From contig CBFCXR010000003.1 in NCBI GenBank assembly GCA_965602045.1, positions 1-46,776 on the forward strand: a DNA stretch of 46,776 bases, read 5' to 3'. Each line of letters begins with the position of its first letter. The first letter of the stretch is position 1. Below, in pieces: positions 8,600 to 17,780 of this stretch. Origin of the DNA: an uncultured Bacteroidales bacterium (GTDB taxonomy: Bacteria; Bacteroidota; Bacteroidia; Bacteroidales; UBA10428). Below the pieces are notes generated by a model. It was not told the origin of the DNA, did no database searches, and was given only the letters and a program-made list of their open reading frames with translations. Both the position numbers and the translations under genes were made by a program.

Positions 8600-9844
8600 T
8601 TAACCGAATAATCTTTTAATATGTCTGTCATAAATATTTTCAGTAACCTGTTGACCGACGATACCGGCATATTTCTTTAGCATATTAGTATACTCAGAGC
8701 CAAATTCCGCTGCTATTTTATATCCAACATGAATTAATTGTCTGAAACTTGGATTATAATCAGGATGCCCCTGTACATGTCTCAATGTATTTGCAAACTT
8801 TTGTCCATCCCAGTTCTCCACTTCATCAGCAGTTGGCAGGTCCGATTTATTAATATCAATTACTGTAGCATAAGGGCCACACAATTCATCCATTCTACCG
8901 AATCCTTTTGCATAAATAGATTTTGCAAGCTTAAGTGCTTCGCTACCGGCAAGAGCTAATCCAATAAGTTCTTCGAGCCAGGTTGTACCTGCAGTTTTAA
9001 CATGAATTCCTTTATTATACTTTTTAATCAGATCACCCATTATCGGATAAATGGCAAATTTATCACTTCCTGAATGAACACTGAGTTTAAGGTTTTCAGG
9101 CAAGCTAAATTCCTTAATAGAAAAGTCAATAACCAATAAATCTTCTTCAAATTCTTTTGCAAACTGGTTAATGTTGCCTACATAATCAACACCTTTGTTA
9201 AACCTGCCGGTAAATTTAGGTGCGATAGTCTGTGCAGGAACACCATGCTGGGCTAAAGCACTAAGTATAAAAAACATTTCAACAGGCGATTGTGCTTCCT
9301 CCACTTCATCCATTGAAACTTCAGGTATAAAATCGTCAGTTCCTTTTTTATCCACTATATAGTTATAAATTTTACTTGCTTCCTTTGCAGCAAATAAAAA
9401 CTTGCCTCCGATTTCTTTAAGAGTGTCTTCGCTAATATCAAAGGGATGATCAATTCCGGGTATATTTAATTTACCCAGGTATTTTTTATTATTTTCGATA
9501 AATTCCGCAATTTCTTCGTCCGAAGAAGGTTTTCCTATATAATCGGCTACATCGAGGGTGAAAAAGTCCGAGCTTTCAAGAAACCTGTCAACAGTAGACA
9601 AATTAATATGGTCAGCATCCACAAAATAATCACCTGTCCATCCTAAAGCTTTAACGGCATTATCGGCTTCGACTCTTGTATCAGCGGGTTCTGAATGTAT
9701 AATAGCATGTTCCCGGTTTGATTTATTCCATACCGGTGTAATATCGATACCAGCTTCTTTTGCTTTTATTATGGCTTTTAATTGCGCTTCTCCCTGTATT
9801 TCGAAGCGATCTCCTACTCCGAATGAATATTTCTTGATTTTCAT
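8600..9844 (-). CDS. uxaE: Tagaturonate/fructuronate epimerase
   Basis: SFGVGDRF, DADH, APKFTGRFNKGVDY, KLSVHSGSDKF, HVKTAGTTWLE are UxaE-family motifs; adjacent to uxaC. Confidence 0.9.
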   Translation of the reverse strand: MKIKKYSFGVGDRFEIQGEAQLKAIIKAKEAGIDITPVWNKSNREHAIIHSEPADTRVEADNAVKALGWTGDYFVDADHINLSTVDRFLESSDFFTLDVADYIGKPSSDEEIAEFIENNKKYLGKLNIPGIDHPFDISEDTLKEIGGKFLFAAKEASKIYNYIVDKKGTDDFIPEVSMDEVEEAQSPVEMFFILSALAQHGVPAQTIAPKFTGRFNKGVDYVGNINQFAKEFEEDLLVIDFSIKEFSLPENLKLSVHSGSDKFAIYPIMGDLIKKYNKGIHVKTAGTTWLEELIGLALAGSEALKLAKSIYAKGFGRMDELCGPYATVIDINKSDLPTADEVENWDGQKFANTLRHVQGHPDYNPSFRQLIHVGYKIAAEFGSEYTNMLKKYAGIVGQQVTENIYDRHIKRLFG

Positions 9845-9996
9845 AAAATTGTTTTTTTATTGATTAAACTTATTCGATTAGTAATATATTTTGATTATTC
9901 AAACAACTAAAAATATACATTTATTGCCTAAGAAAAAAATTAATTTCCTAATGTAAATTATTTAAAACTAATTTGGAAACAGCACGAAGAAATGAT

Positions 9997-10023
9997 AAAA
10001 AAAACTCCCCAAACGGGGAGTTT
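9997..10023 (-). terminator. Rho-independent terminator downstream of exuT
   Basis: AAACTCCCC-aaac-GGGGAGTTT hairpin with an A run on its left, giving a U tail on the minus strand; 11 nt after the exuT stop. Confidence 0.85.
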
Positions 10024-10034
10024 AGTATGTATTC

Positions 10035-11396
10035 TTATAAATCTGATATTTGCTTAAATTTAGGTACAAATAAATGCATAATTATCCAGGCAACAACATA
10101 TGCTAAAGCACAAACAATAAACATTATTGCATATCCTCCCTCAATTTTTCCCAGTATAGCAAAATGCTTTAGTATCAATCCTGCACCCCCGGCAATTAGC
10201 ATACCACCAAATGCTCCTGACATTCCTCCTATACCTGTTACAGATGCAACAGCTTTTTTGGGAAACATATCCGAAACCGTGGTAAAAATATTTGCTGACC
10301 ATGCCTGATGCGCTGCACAGGCAATTCCTATGATAATTACTGCAAACCATGTATTAATAGCCCCAAGCTTCGAAGCTAATAAAACTGATAAAGGAAACAA
10401 TGCATAAATAAACATTGATGTTTTACGCGCTCTGTTTGCATCCATTCCACCGTTTATGAATTTCTTAGGTAGCCATCCTCCAAAAACACTTCCGAATGTT
10501 GAAATAGTATAAACAATAGCAACTGCCAACGGCCAGGCAATAACCATTTCTTCATTTCCGTCAGCAATGTGCCGTGCATTCTCGCCTTCGAGGAATGAGG
10601 GAAGCCAGAATAAATAAAACCACCAGATTGGATCTGTAAGTAATTTACCAAAGAAAAACGCCCAGGTTTGTCTGTATTTTAACAGCTTAAACCATGAGAC
10701 TTTACTTTTTTCTTTTGTTTCTTCTTCCTGTAATTCATCTTTGTCACTATGAATGTAGTCGTACTCTGCCTGAGATAATTTTCCACTATCGAGTTTTTCT
10801 TTTGGAGATTTATACATGGTAAACCAGAATATTAACCAAATAAGTCCTACCAAACCTGTTAAAATAAATGCCCATTGCCATCCCCAATAAAGAGCAATAA
10901 AAGGAACAGTAAGCGGAGCAACAATTGCACCTACATTCGCTCCTGAATTATATATACCTGTGGCATATGCGCGTTCCTTTTTTGGAAACCATATGGCAAT
11001 TGTTTTATTGGCTGCAGGAAAATTACCTGATTCGGAAACACCTAATAATGCCCTCCAGAAACCAAAACCAAATGTTGACCTTGCAAAAGCATGCCCAACA
11101 GCTGCAATACTCCAGCCAGTCAATGCAATACCGTAGCCCCGCTTCGTCCCAATTTTATCAACTAACCTGCCTACACCCAGCATTCCCAAAGCATAGGAAA
11201 TCTGAAAACTCATTATGACATATGAATACATTAATTCCTGATTTGCTTTATCCGGGCCAAAAATGCCAGCATTAGATAAAGTTACTTTTAATAATCCTAA
11301 TACGTTTCGGTCGAGATAGTTAATTGTTGTTGCAAAAAAGACTAATGCACAAATTGTCCATCGATATTTGCCAACTTTTTGCATTACTTCATTCAT
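10035..11396 (-). CDS. exuT: Hexuronate MFS transporter
   Basis: YRWTICALVFFATTINYLDR, ESGNFPAA, WFPKKERA, TDPIWWFYLFWLP, AHQAWSAN. Confidence 0.92.
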   Translation of the reverse strand: MNEVMQKVGKYRWTICALVFFATTINYLDRNVLGLLKVTLSNAGIFGPDKANQELMYSYVIMSFQISYALGMLGVGRLVDKIGTKRGYGIALTGWSIAAVGHAFARSTFGFGFWRALLGVSESGNFPAANKTIAIWFPKKERAYATGIYNSGANVGAIVAPLTVPFIALYWGWQWAFILTGLVGLIWLIFWFTMYKSPKEKLDSGKLSQAEYDYIHSDKDELQEEETKEKSKVSWFKLLKYRQTWAFFFGKLLTDPIWWFYLFWLPSFLEGENARHIADGNEEMVIAWPLAVAIVYTISTFGSVFGGWLPKKFINGGMDANRARKTSMFIYALFPLSVLLASKLGAINTWFAVIIIGIACAAHQAWSANIFTTVSDMFPKKAVASVTGIGGMSGAFGGMLIAGGAGLILKHFAILGKIEGGYAIMFIVCALAYVVAWIIMHLFVPKFKQISDL

Positions 11397-11429
11397 AATT
11401 TCTATTTTTAAATTGTTAATATTAATTAT

Positions 11430-12101
11430 TTATTTTATGCTTTTGATAATATGTATAGCCTGTTCCACTTTTTCTTCCAGTTTTTTAAAATCTTTTCCAT
11501 TAATAATCTCCTTAGTGATTAACTTCGAACCCATGCCAACACAAAACGCCCCTGCCTTAAACCATTCGGTAAGGTTTTCTTTTGTTGGCTCAACTCCACC
11601 CGTTGGCATTATGTTAGTCCAGGGCATAGGCCCTTTTAATGCAGAAACAAACTTCGGCCCGCCAACCTGTGACCCCGGAAATATCTTTACTACTTCAGCT
11701 CCCAGCTCTTCAGCCCTGGAAATTTCAGACACAGAACCGCAGCCGGGTGACCATGAAATTTTTCTGCGATTACAAACCTTTGCCATCTCCTCATTTAAAA
11801 CAGGAGAAACAATAAAGTTGGCCCCCATTTGAATATACAAAGAAGTTGTACCTGCATCCATTATAGAGCCAACACCCATAATTAATTCAGGAAGGTCCTT
11901 TAAAACATATTTATTTAGTTCTGAAAATACTTCATGTGCATAATCACCCCTGTTTGTGAATTCAAAAACTCTTGCCCCTCCATTATAACATGCCTTTGCA
12001 ACTTTCATGCATATTTCTATATCAGAATTGTAGAAAACAGGTATTATTCCTGTCTCTTTCATTTTATTTAGTACTTCAATCCTGGAGAATTTTGCCATCA
12101 C
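11430..12101 (-). CDS. kdgA: KDPG/KHG aldolase
   Basis: FEFTNRG, FIVSP, VKIFP, MPTGGV; next to kdgK. Confidence 0.93.
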   Translation of the reverse strand: MMAKFSRIEVLNKMKETGIIPVFYNSDIEICMKVAKACYNGGARVFEFTNRGDYAHEVFSELNKYVLKDLPELIMGVGSIMDAGTTSLYIQMGANFIVSPVLNEEMAKVCNRRKISWSPGCGSVSEISRAEELGAEVVKIFPGSQVGGPKFVSALKGPMPWTNIMPTGGVEPTKENLTEWFKAGAFCVGMGSKLITKEIINGKDFKKLEEKVEQAIHIIKSIK

Positions 12102-12176
12102 TAATTATTTTTATTCTTATTTCTAATTATTTAAATAACAAATAAAATAAAATTCAAAATTATAATTTAAAATTTG

Positions 12177-13214
12177 TTACCTCGACACCCTGCCTGATGC
12201 ATCTCCTGACATTAATTTTTCAACTTCGTCAATAGTCATTAAATTATAATCACCTTCGATCGTATGCTTAAGACAGGATGCAGCAACTGCAAAATTTAAT
12301 GCTTTTTGATCGTCGCCCGGATATGTAAGCAATCCGTATATCAGACCTCCCATAAATGAATCGCCTCCTCCTACCCTGTCAACAATATGTGTGATATCAT
12401 ATTGTGGTGCTTCAAAGAGGTTTTCTCCATTGTATAATACACCTGACCATGTATTATGGCTCGCGCTAACTGAGCCCCTTAAAGTTATAATTACCTTCCC
12501 TGCTTTAGGAAATTTATCCATTAATTGCTGACAAACTGATTTATAAGCATCGGCACTAACTTTACCTTTAGTAACATCTACTCCTTCCGGTTTAATATTA
12601 AATACCATTTCTGCATCTTCTTCATTGCCCAAAATAATATCACAACCTTTAACCAGGTTTTCCATTATTTCCGATGGTTTCTTGCCATATTTCCATAGTT
12701 TTTTTCGGTAGTTTAAATCGCATGAAACAGTTAATCCTAACTTATTTGCAGCTTGTACAGCTTCCACGCAAACATCTGCAGTACCTTGCGATATAGCCGG
12801 CGTAATGCCTGTCCAGTGAAACCAATCAGCATCTTTAAATGCTTCTTCCCAGTTAATCATTCCACGCTCAATCTGAGAAATAGCTGAATTAACACGATCA
12901 TATATGACTTTGCTTGCACGACTTACTGCGCCTGTTTCCAAAAAATATATTCCCAGTCTTTCTCCTCCAAAAACTATATGGTTAGTGCCAACATTATTTT
13001 TTCTTAAAGTCATTAAGGCACAATTCCCAATGTCATTTTCAGGTAAACGGGTAACAAACTCAACAGGTATCGCGAAATTTGCAAGTGATATTGCCACATT
13101 CGCCTCACCACCCCCGTAAAAAACATCAAAACTATCACATTGTGAAAATCTTTTAAATCCAGGTGTTGACAACCTGAGCATAATTTCTCCGAATGTGATA
13201 ACCTTATTTTTCAT
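12177..13214 (-). CDS. kdgK: 2-keto-3-deoxygluconate kinase (PfkB family)
   Basis: FGEIMLRL, GGGEANVA, DLNYRKKLW, DRVGGGDSF. Confidence 0.95.
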   Translation of the reverse strand: MKNKVITFGEIMLRLSTPGFKRFSQCDSFDVFYGGGEANVAISLANFAIPVEFVTRLPENDIGNCALMTLRKNNVGTNHIVFGGERLGIYFLETGAVSRASKVIYDRVNSAISQIERGMINWEEAFKDADWFHWTGITPAISQGTADVCVEAVQAANKLGLTVSCDLNYRKKLWKYGKKPSEIMENLVKGCDIILGNEEDAEMVFNIKPEGVDVTKGKVSADAYKSVCQQLMDKFPKAGKVIITLRGSVSASHNTWSGVLYNGENLFEAPQYDITHIVDRVGGGDSFMGGLIYGLLTYPGDDQKALNFAVAASCLKHTIEGDYNLMTIDEVEKLMSGDASGRVSR

Positions 13215-13261
13215 TAGTCAACAATTATAATAAAGAAATATAAATTTATAGTAATAAATTT

Positions 13262-13269
13262 CAAATATA
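13262..13269 (-). promoter_or_regulatory. Bacteroidota -7 promoter element (TATATTTG) for kdgK-kdgA-exuT
   Basis: TAnnTTTG match on the minus strand about 50 bp upstream of kdgK, 9 nt from the operator. Confidence 0.55.
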
Positions 13270-13278
13270 AATAACTTG

Positions 13279-13292
13279 TGCAATCGATTGAA
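13279..13292. promoter_or_regulatory. LacI-type operator TGCAATCGATTGAA (probable KdgR site)
   Basis: Palindromic core CAATCGATTG between divergent kdgK and the LacI gene; the same core recurs at 14491-14500. Confidence 0.8.
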
Positions 13293-13428
13293 ATTTTATT
13301 TGAAATATTTTTTATCTTTCCTAAAATTTATAATGCTAAAATATTGAAATAATAATAGAAATTTAAATTCTTAATTATTTTTTAAAGATAACATTATTAA
13401 ATAATTGATTGTACAGAAGCTATATTAA

Positions 13429-14454
13429 ATGAAAAATTCCCGGGTTACAATCCATGATATTGCACATATTTTAAAAATATCAGCATCCACTGTTTCAAGA
13501 GCCCTAAATGATAATCCCCGTATTAGCAATAAAACAAGGGAAAGAATTAAAGAAACAGCGAGAAAACTTAATTATCAGCCAAATATATTAGCATCCAACC
13601 TTAGAATTGGTAAAACACATACTGTTGGTATCGTAATACCCAGGATAAACAGAAGTTTTTTCGCAAATGTTATTGGAGGTATTGAAGATACTTTTAGTAA
13701 TGCCGGCTATAGAATTATGATTACACAGACCAATGAAGACTATGATAAAGAAGTTGAAAATATTATGGCTTTAATTAATGCGAGGGTTGACGGTATAATA
13801 ATTTCTTTATCTGCCGGAACAAAAGACTATAGTCATCTCGAACAAGCTAAAAAGAATGGTATACCCCTGATATTTTTTGACAGGGCACCTGATAATTTAC
13901 AAGCCAGTAAGGTGGTAATCGATGACTTAAACGGAGCATATAACGCAGTAAATCACCTTATTTCGCAAGGATGTAAAAAAATTGCTCATTTTGCAGGACC
14001 GGAACATGTAAATATCTATCTGAACCGAAAAACGGGATATCTGAATGCTTTAAAAAACAGTAAAATAAGCATTAAAAAAGAGTATATCGTTAATAATGTT
14101 ATTACAACAAATAAAGGAATATCCGCCTGCAAAGATTTAATGAATCTACCTGGAAAACCGGATGCAATTTTTGCTGTAAGTGATTTTGCCGCTTTGGGAG
14201 CCATGATATACTTAAAAGAAAATGGTTTTAGAATACCTGAAGATGTTGCATTAATAGGATTTGCAAATGAACCTTTTACCGGCTTACTTGAACCGGGACT
14301 TACATCTGTGGATCAACACAGTAATACAATAGGAATTGAAGTTGCGAAGCTTTTTTTGGAAGAAGTTCAACAAAAAGCTAATGAAACCATTTACAGGGAT
14401 ATTGTTATAAATCCTGATTTAATAATCAGAAAATCCTCATTGAAAAAAAACTGA
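13429..14454 (+). CDS. LacI family transcriptional regulator (KdgR-like)
   Basis: TIHDIAHILKISASTVSRALN HTH, LNYQPN hinge, LTSVDQ; divergent from kdgK. Confidence 0.92.
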   Translation: MKNSRVTIHDIAHILKISASTVSRALNDNPRISNKTRERIKETARKLNYQPNILASNLRIGKTHTVGIVIPRINRSFFANVIGGIEDTFSNAGYRIMITQTNEDYDKEVENIMALINARVDGIIISLSAGTKDYSHLEQAKKNGIPLIFFDRAPDNLQASKVVIDDLNGAYNAVNHLISQGCKKIAHFAGPEHVNIYLNRKTGYLNALKNSKISIKKEYIVNNVITTNKGISACKDLMNLPGKPDAIFAVSDFAALGAMIYLKENGFRIPEDVALIGFANEPFTGLLEPGLTSVDQHSNTIGIEVAKLFLEEVQQKANETIYRDIVINPDLIIRKSSLKKN

Positions 14455-14456
14455 TA

Positions 14457-14488
14457 TTGTGATAATGTTATCAAAATAATTAATTTTG
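14457..14488 (+). promoter_or_regulatory. Bacteroidota sigma70 promoter for kduI (TTG-N21-TAATTTTG)
   Basis: TTG at 14457-14459 and TAATTTTG at 14481-14488, abutting the operator. Confidence 0.6.
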
Positions 14489-14502
14489 TACAATCGATTG
14501 CA
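14489..14502. promoter_or_regulatory. LacI-type operator TACAATCGATTGCA (probable KdgR site)
   Basis: Second copy of the CAATCGATTG palindrome, covering the expected transcription start of kduI. Confidence 0.8.
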
Positions 14503-14548
14503 TATTTAAAAATAAAACGTAACATTATAAAAATTAAAAACTAAAAAT

Positions 14549-15391
14549 ATGGAAACTAAACTGGAAGAAAGATTTGCAGTTCATTACGAGGATTTTAAAT
14601 CTTATGATACTCAAAAGATCAGAGAACATTTTCTGATCCAAAACCTAATGGAACAGGACAGCATAAATTTAACTTATTCACATTACGACAGGCAAATAGT
14701 TGGAGGCGCTGTACCGGTAAAAAAGCAGCTAAAGCTTGAACCTGTTGACATTTTAAAGGCAGATTTCTTTTTATTCAGAAGAGAATTAGGAGTGATTAAT
14801 GTCGGAGGGGAAGGAATTGTTACTGCTGATAAGACTGAATACAAACTAAAATATAAGGAAGCTTTGTACCTGGGAAAAGGTACAAAAGAAGTCAGCTTTT
14901 CAAGTGTTGATTCTAAAAAACCAGCTCATTTTTATATCAATTCGTCACCTGCGCATACTGAATATCCTAATAAATATATAACCCTGGCAGATGCTGATGT
15001 TGTTGATTTAGGATCATTGCAGGCATCAAATGAAAGAAAAATTAACAAGTTACTGGTAAATACAACTATTGATGTCTGTCAGTTGCAGATGGGAATGACA
15101 GAGCTTAAAACAGGAAGTATCTGGAATACAATGCCTGTTCATGTTCATTCCCGAAGGATGGAAGCTTACTTTTATTTTGAGGTTCCCGAAGATCAGGCAA
15201 TTTGCCATTTTATGGGTCAGCCACATGAAACTAGACATATATGGCTAACTAACGAACAGGCAATATTGTCTCCGCCGTGGTCGATTCATGCAGCTGCGGG
15301 TACTTCAAATTATGTATTTATCTGGGGAATGGCAGGCGAAAACCTTGATTACGGAGATATGGACATCCGGCAACCAAATGAGCTAATGTAA
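14549..15391 (+). CDS. kduI: 4-deoxy-L-threo-5-hexosulose-uronate ketol-isomerase
   Basis: [46 protein letters not shown]. Confidence 0.97.
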   Translation: METKLEERFAVHYEDFKSYDTQKIREHFLIQNLMEQDSINLTYSHYDRQIVGGAVPVKKQLKLEPVDILKADFFLFRRELGVINVGGEGIVTADKTEYKLKYKEALYLGKGTKEVSFSSVDSKKPAHFYINSSPAHTEYPNKYITLADADVVDLGSLQASNERKINKLLVNTTIDVCQLQMGMTELKTGSIWNTMPVHVHSRRMEAYFYFEVPEDQAICHFMGQPHETRHIWLTNEQAILSPPWSIHAAAGTSNYVFIWGMAGENLDYGDMDIRQPNELM

Positions 15392-15397
15392 CTGAAG

Positions 15398-15579
15398 GAT
15401 TTACAATTGACGATTTACGATTTAAAATTTATAAGTTACGAGTAGACGAGTAGACAAGTTACTAGAGACGAGCAGCGAGAAACGAGAGGCAAGTAGCGAG
15501 AAGCGAGTAACGAGTAACGAGTAGCGAGAAACGAGTAACGAGTAGCGAGAAGCGAATAACGAACAGCGAAAAACAAATA
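15398..15579 (+). repeat. Degenerate heptamer tandem repeat tract between kduI and kduD
   Basis: 15468-15579 holds 16 consecutive 7-mers of consensus RCGAGWA (ACGAGTA, GCGAGAA and variants). It is preceded by ACGAGTAG x2 and six GATTTAC-like 7-mers (15398-15439). Confidence 0.9.
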
Positions 15580-15600
15580 ACCAAATAAACAACTACTATT

Positions 15601-16395
15601 ATGTCTTTAAAACTTTTTGATCTAACGGGAAAAACTGCCCTTGTCACTGGAGGCACACATGGTTTAGGTATGGCCATTGCTACAGGACTGGCAAATGCCG
15701 GGGCAAAAATTATTATTAATGATATCTTTCCTGAGAAACTAAAAAATGCAAAAGAAGAATATTCTGCAAAAGGAATTGATGTTACAACATACTTATTTGA
15801 TGTAACTAAAGAAAAAGAAGTTGATGAATACATTGGAAAAATTGAAAAGGAAGAAGCACCTATAGATATCTTAGTTAATAATGCGGGAATAATTAAAAGA
15901 ACACCTCTTCTGGATATGGAAGTCGATGACTTTGAGCAGGTATTAAAGATTGATATAACTGGTCCTTTTATTATGGCAAAAAGAGTCGCAAAGAGTATGG
16001 TGCAACGAAAATCAGCCGGAAAAATAATAAATATGTGCTCAATGATGAGTGAGGTCGGGAGACACAGTGTAGGGGCATATGCCGCAGCTAAAGGCGGACT
16101 TAAAATGCTTACCAAGAATATGGCCACAGAATGGGCTAAATATAATATACAGGTGAACGGTATTGGCCCGGGTTACTTTGCTACAGACCAAACTGCACCA
16201 ATAAGGGAAGGAGGACATCCCTTTAATGAACTGATTATGACACGAACTCCTGCAAACCGCTGGGGTGATCCTGATGAATTACAGGGAACAGCAATTTTTC
16301 TTGCATCAAAAGCCTCAGATTTTGTTACCGGCATTGTTGTTTATGTTGACGGAGGCATTTTAGCTACTTTAGGTAAAACCAAATTAGAACAATAG
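15601..16395 (+). CDS. kduD: 2-dehydro-3-deoxy-D-gluconate 5-dehydrogenase (gluconate 5-dehydrogenase-like SDR)
   Basis: TGGTHGLG, NNAG, AYAAAKGGLKMLTKN, NGIGPGY; directly after kduI. Confidence 0.88.
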   Translation: MSLKLFDLTGKTALVTGGTHGLGMAIATGLANAGAKIIINDIFPEKLKNAKEEYSAKGIDVTTYLFDVTKEKEVDEYIGKIEKEEAPIDILVNNAGIIKRTPLLDMEVDDFEQVLKIDITGPFIMAKRVAKSMVQRKSAGKIINMCSMMSEVGRHSVGAYAAAKGGLKMLTKNMATEWAKYNIQVNGIGPGYFATDQTAPIREGGHPFNELIMTRTPANRWGDPDELQGTAIFLASKASDFVTGIVVYVDGGILATLGKTKLEQ

Positions 16396-16406
16396 TCCTT
16401 ATAAAC

Positions 16407-17696
16407 TTGAATAGCAAATTTAATGATAAATCCAGATTATTTGCCTCAGGTAAAATACTGCCTTTCATCCTTATAACAGCATTATTTTTCTTCTGGGGTA
16501 TACCAAATAATCTGAATGATGTGCTTATTAAGCAATTCATGAAATCATTCGAAATTACTCGTTTGAAGGCTGGCTTTATTCAATCTGCATTTTATATGGG
16601 CTACTTTTTACTATCAATGCCTGCAGCCCTGTTAATGAAAAAATATAGTTATAAAACCGGACTGGTGGTCGGACTATTCTTATACAGCATTGGTACATTA
16701 TTATTCTGGCCTGCTGCCATAGTAGGCCAATATGGATTTTTCCTTTTTGCTTTATTCGTCATCGCAAGTGGATTAGCTTTTCTTGAAACAGGTGCAAATC
16801 CTTATATTGCCGTAATGGGACCTCCTGAGACATCCGAAAGAAGGCTGAATTTTTCACAGGCTTTTAATCCTCTGGGTGCTATCACTGGAGTATTAATTGG
16901 TACAATCTTTATATTTTCAGGAATCGAATTAGGACACGAAGAAATTGATACTTTAAAACTTGCAGGTGAATATAATGGTTATTTACAGGAGGAAACCATG
17001 CGTGTTGTAATTCCTTACATTATTCTTGGATGTGTCGTTTTCCTGTGGGCTCTCCTGATTATCAAAACTAAATTCCCAAAAGTGGCAGATGAAGCTAAAC
17101 CTAAAGAAAAAAGAGAAAAAGGCAGGTTTAGAGATTTGCTCAAATATCCTCATTTCTATAAGGGCGTCATTGCACAATTCTTTTATGTAGGTGCACAGGT
17201 AGGAACATGGAGTTATTTTATCCAGTATGTTCAGGATTATACAAGTCAACCTGAAAAAGCAGCAGGTTATTTTCTCACCGGTTCACTTATTGCATTTGGT
17301 ATAGGAAGATTTATTGCAACTTATCTTATGAAATTTATAAAACCTAATGTATTAATGGGATATTTTGGTGTTGCAAATGTATTGCTGGTGGCGATAGGTG
17401 TCATATTTCCCGGATGGATTGGCCTTTGGGCAATTTTCTTCACAAGTTTCTTTATGTCATTGATGTTCCCGACTATTTTTGCACTGGGAATTAAAGAACT
17501 TGGTCCTAATACAAAGATAGGAGGCTCAATGATCATTATGGCCATTATTGGTGGTGCAGTCTTTACTCCGGTTATGGGTCTTGTATTTGAACTAACGAAA
17601 AGTATGGCAATTGCCATGACTGTACCCCTGATTTGTTATGCCTTTATTACTTATTATGCATTTATTGGTTCAAGAGTAAGAGTATCCCTGACATAA
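16407..17696 (+). CDS. fucP: FucP-family sugar:H+ symporter (L-fucose/L-galactose)
   Basis: LFFFWG, FLETGANPY, RRLNFSQAFN, AQFFYVGAQ, SLMFPTIF; TTG start. Exact substrate not provable from sequence. Confidence 0.85.
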   Translation: MNSKFNDKSRLFASGKILPFILITALFFFWGIPNNLNDVLIKQFMKSFEITRLKAGFIQSAFYMGYFLLSMPAALLMKKYSYKTGLVVGLFLYSIGTLLFWPAAIVGQYGFFLFALFVIASGLAFLETGANPYIAVMGPPETSERRLNFSQAFNPLGAITGVLIGTIFIFSGIELGHEEIDTLKLAGEYNGYLQEETMRVVIPYIILGCVVFLWALLIIKTKFPKVADEAKPKEKREKGRFRDLLKYPHFYKGVIAQFFYVGAQVGTWSYFIQYVQDYTSQPEKAAGYFLTGSLIAFGIGRFIATYLMKFIKPNVLMGYFGVANVLLVAIGVIFPGWIGLWAIFFTSFFMSLMFPTIFALGIKELGPNTKIGGSMIIMAIIGGAVFTPVMGLVFELTKSMAIAMTVPLICYAFITYYAFIGSRVRVSLT

Positions 17697-17780
17697 AAGT
17701 CATTACGGCACTTTTATATGCGTAACTAGTATTCAGAATACATTGTCATAATTCACAATATAAGTACAAGAGATATTTCC

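Noticed and set aside
15398-15579. Possible CRISPR array
   Set aside because: Units are 7 nt and contiguous with no unique spacers, and no cas genes are present.
15462-16127. 221-aa minus-strand ORF with RFSLLVT repeats
   Set aside because: Antisense shadow of kduD (SDR genes often have open antisense frames); the peptide repeats are simply the heptamer tract translated.
17693-17717. Inverted repeat ATAAAAGT-N9-ACTTTTAT after fucP
   Set aside because: AT-rich stem without a proper U tail, inside a likely operon; too weak to call a terminator.
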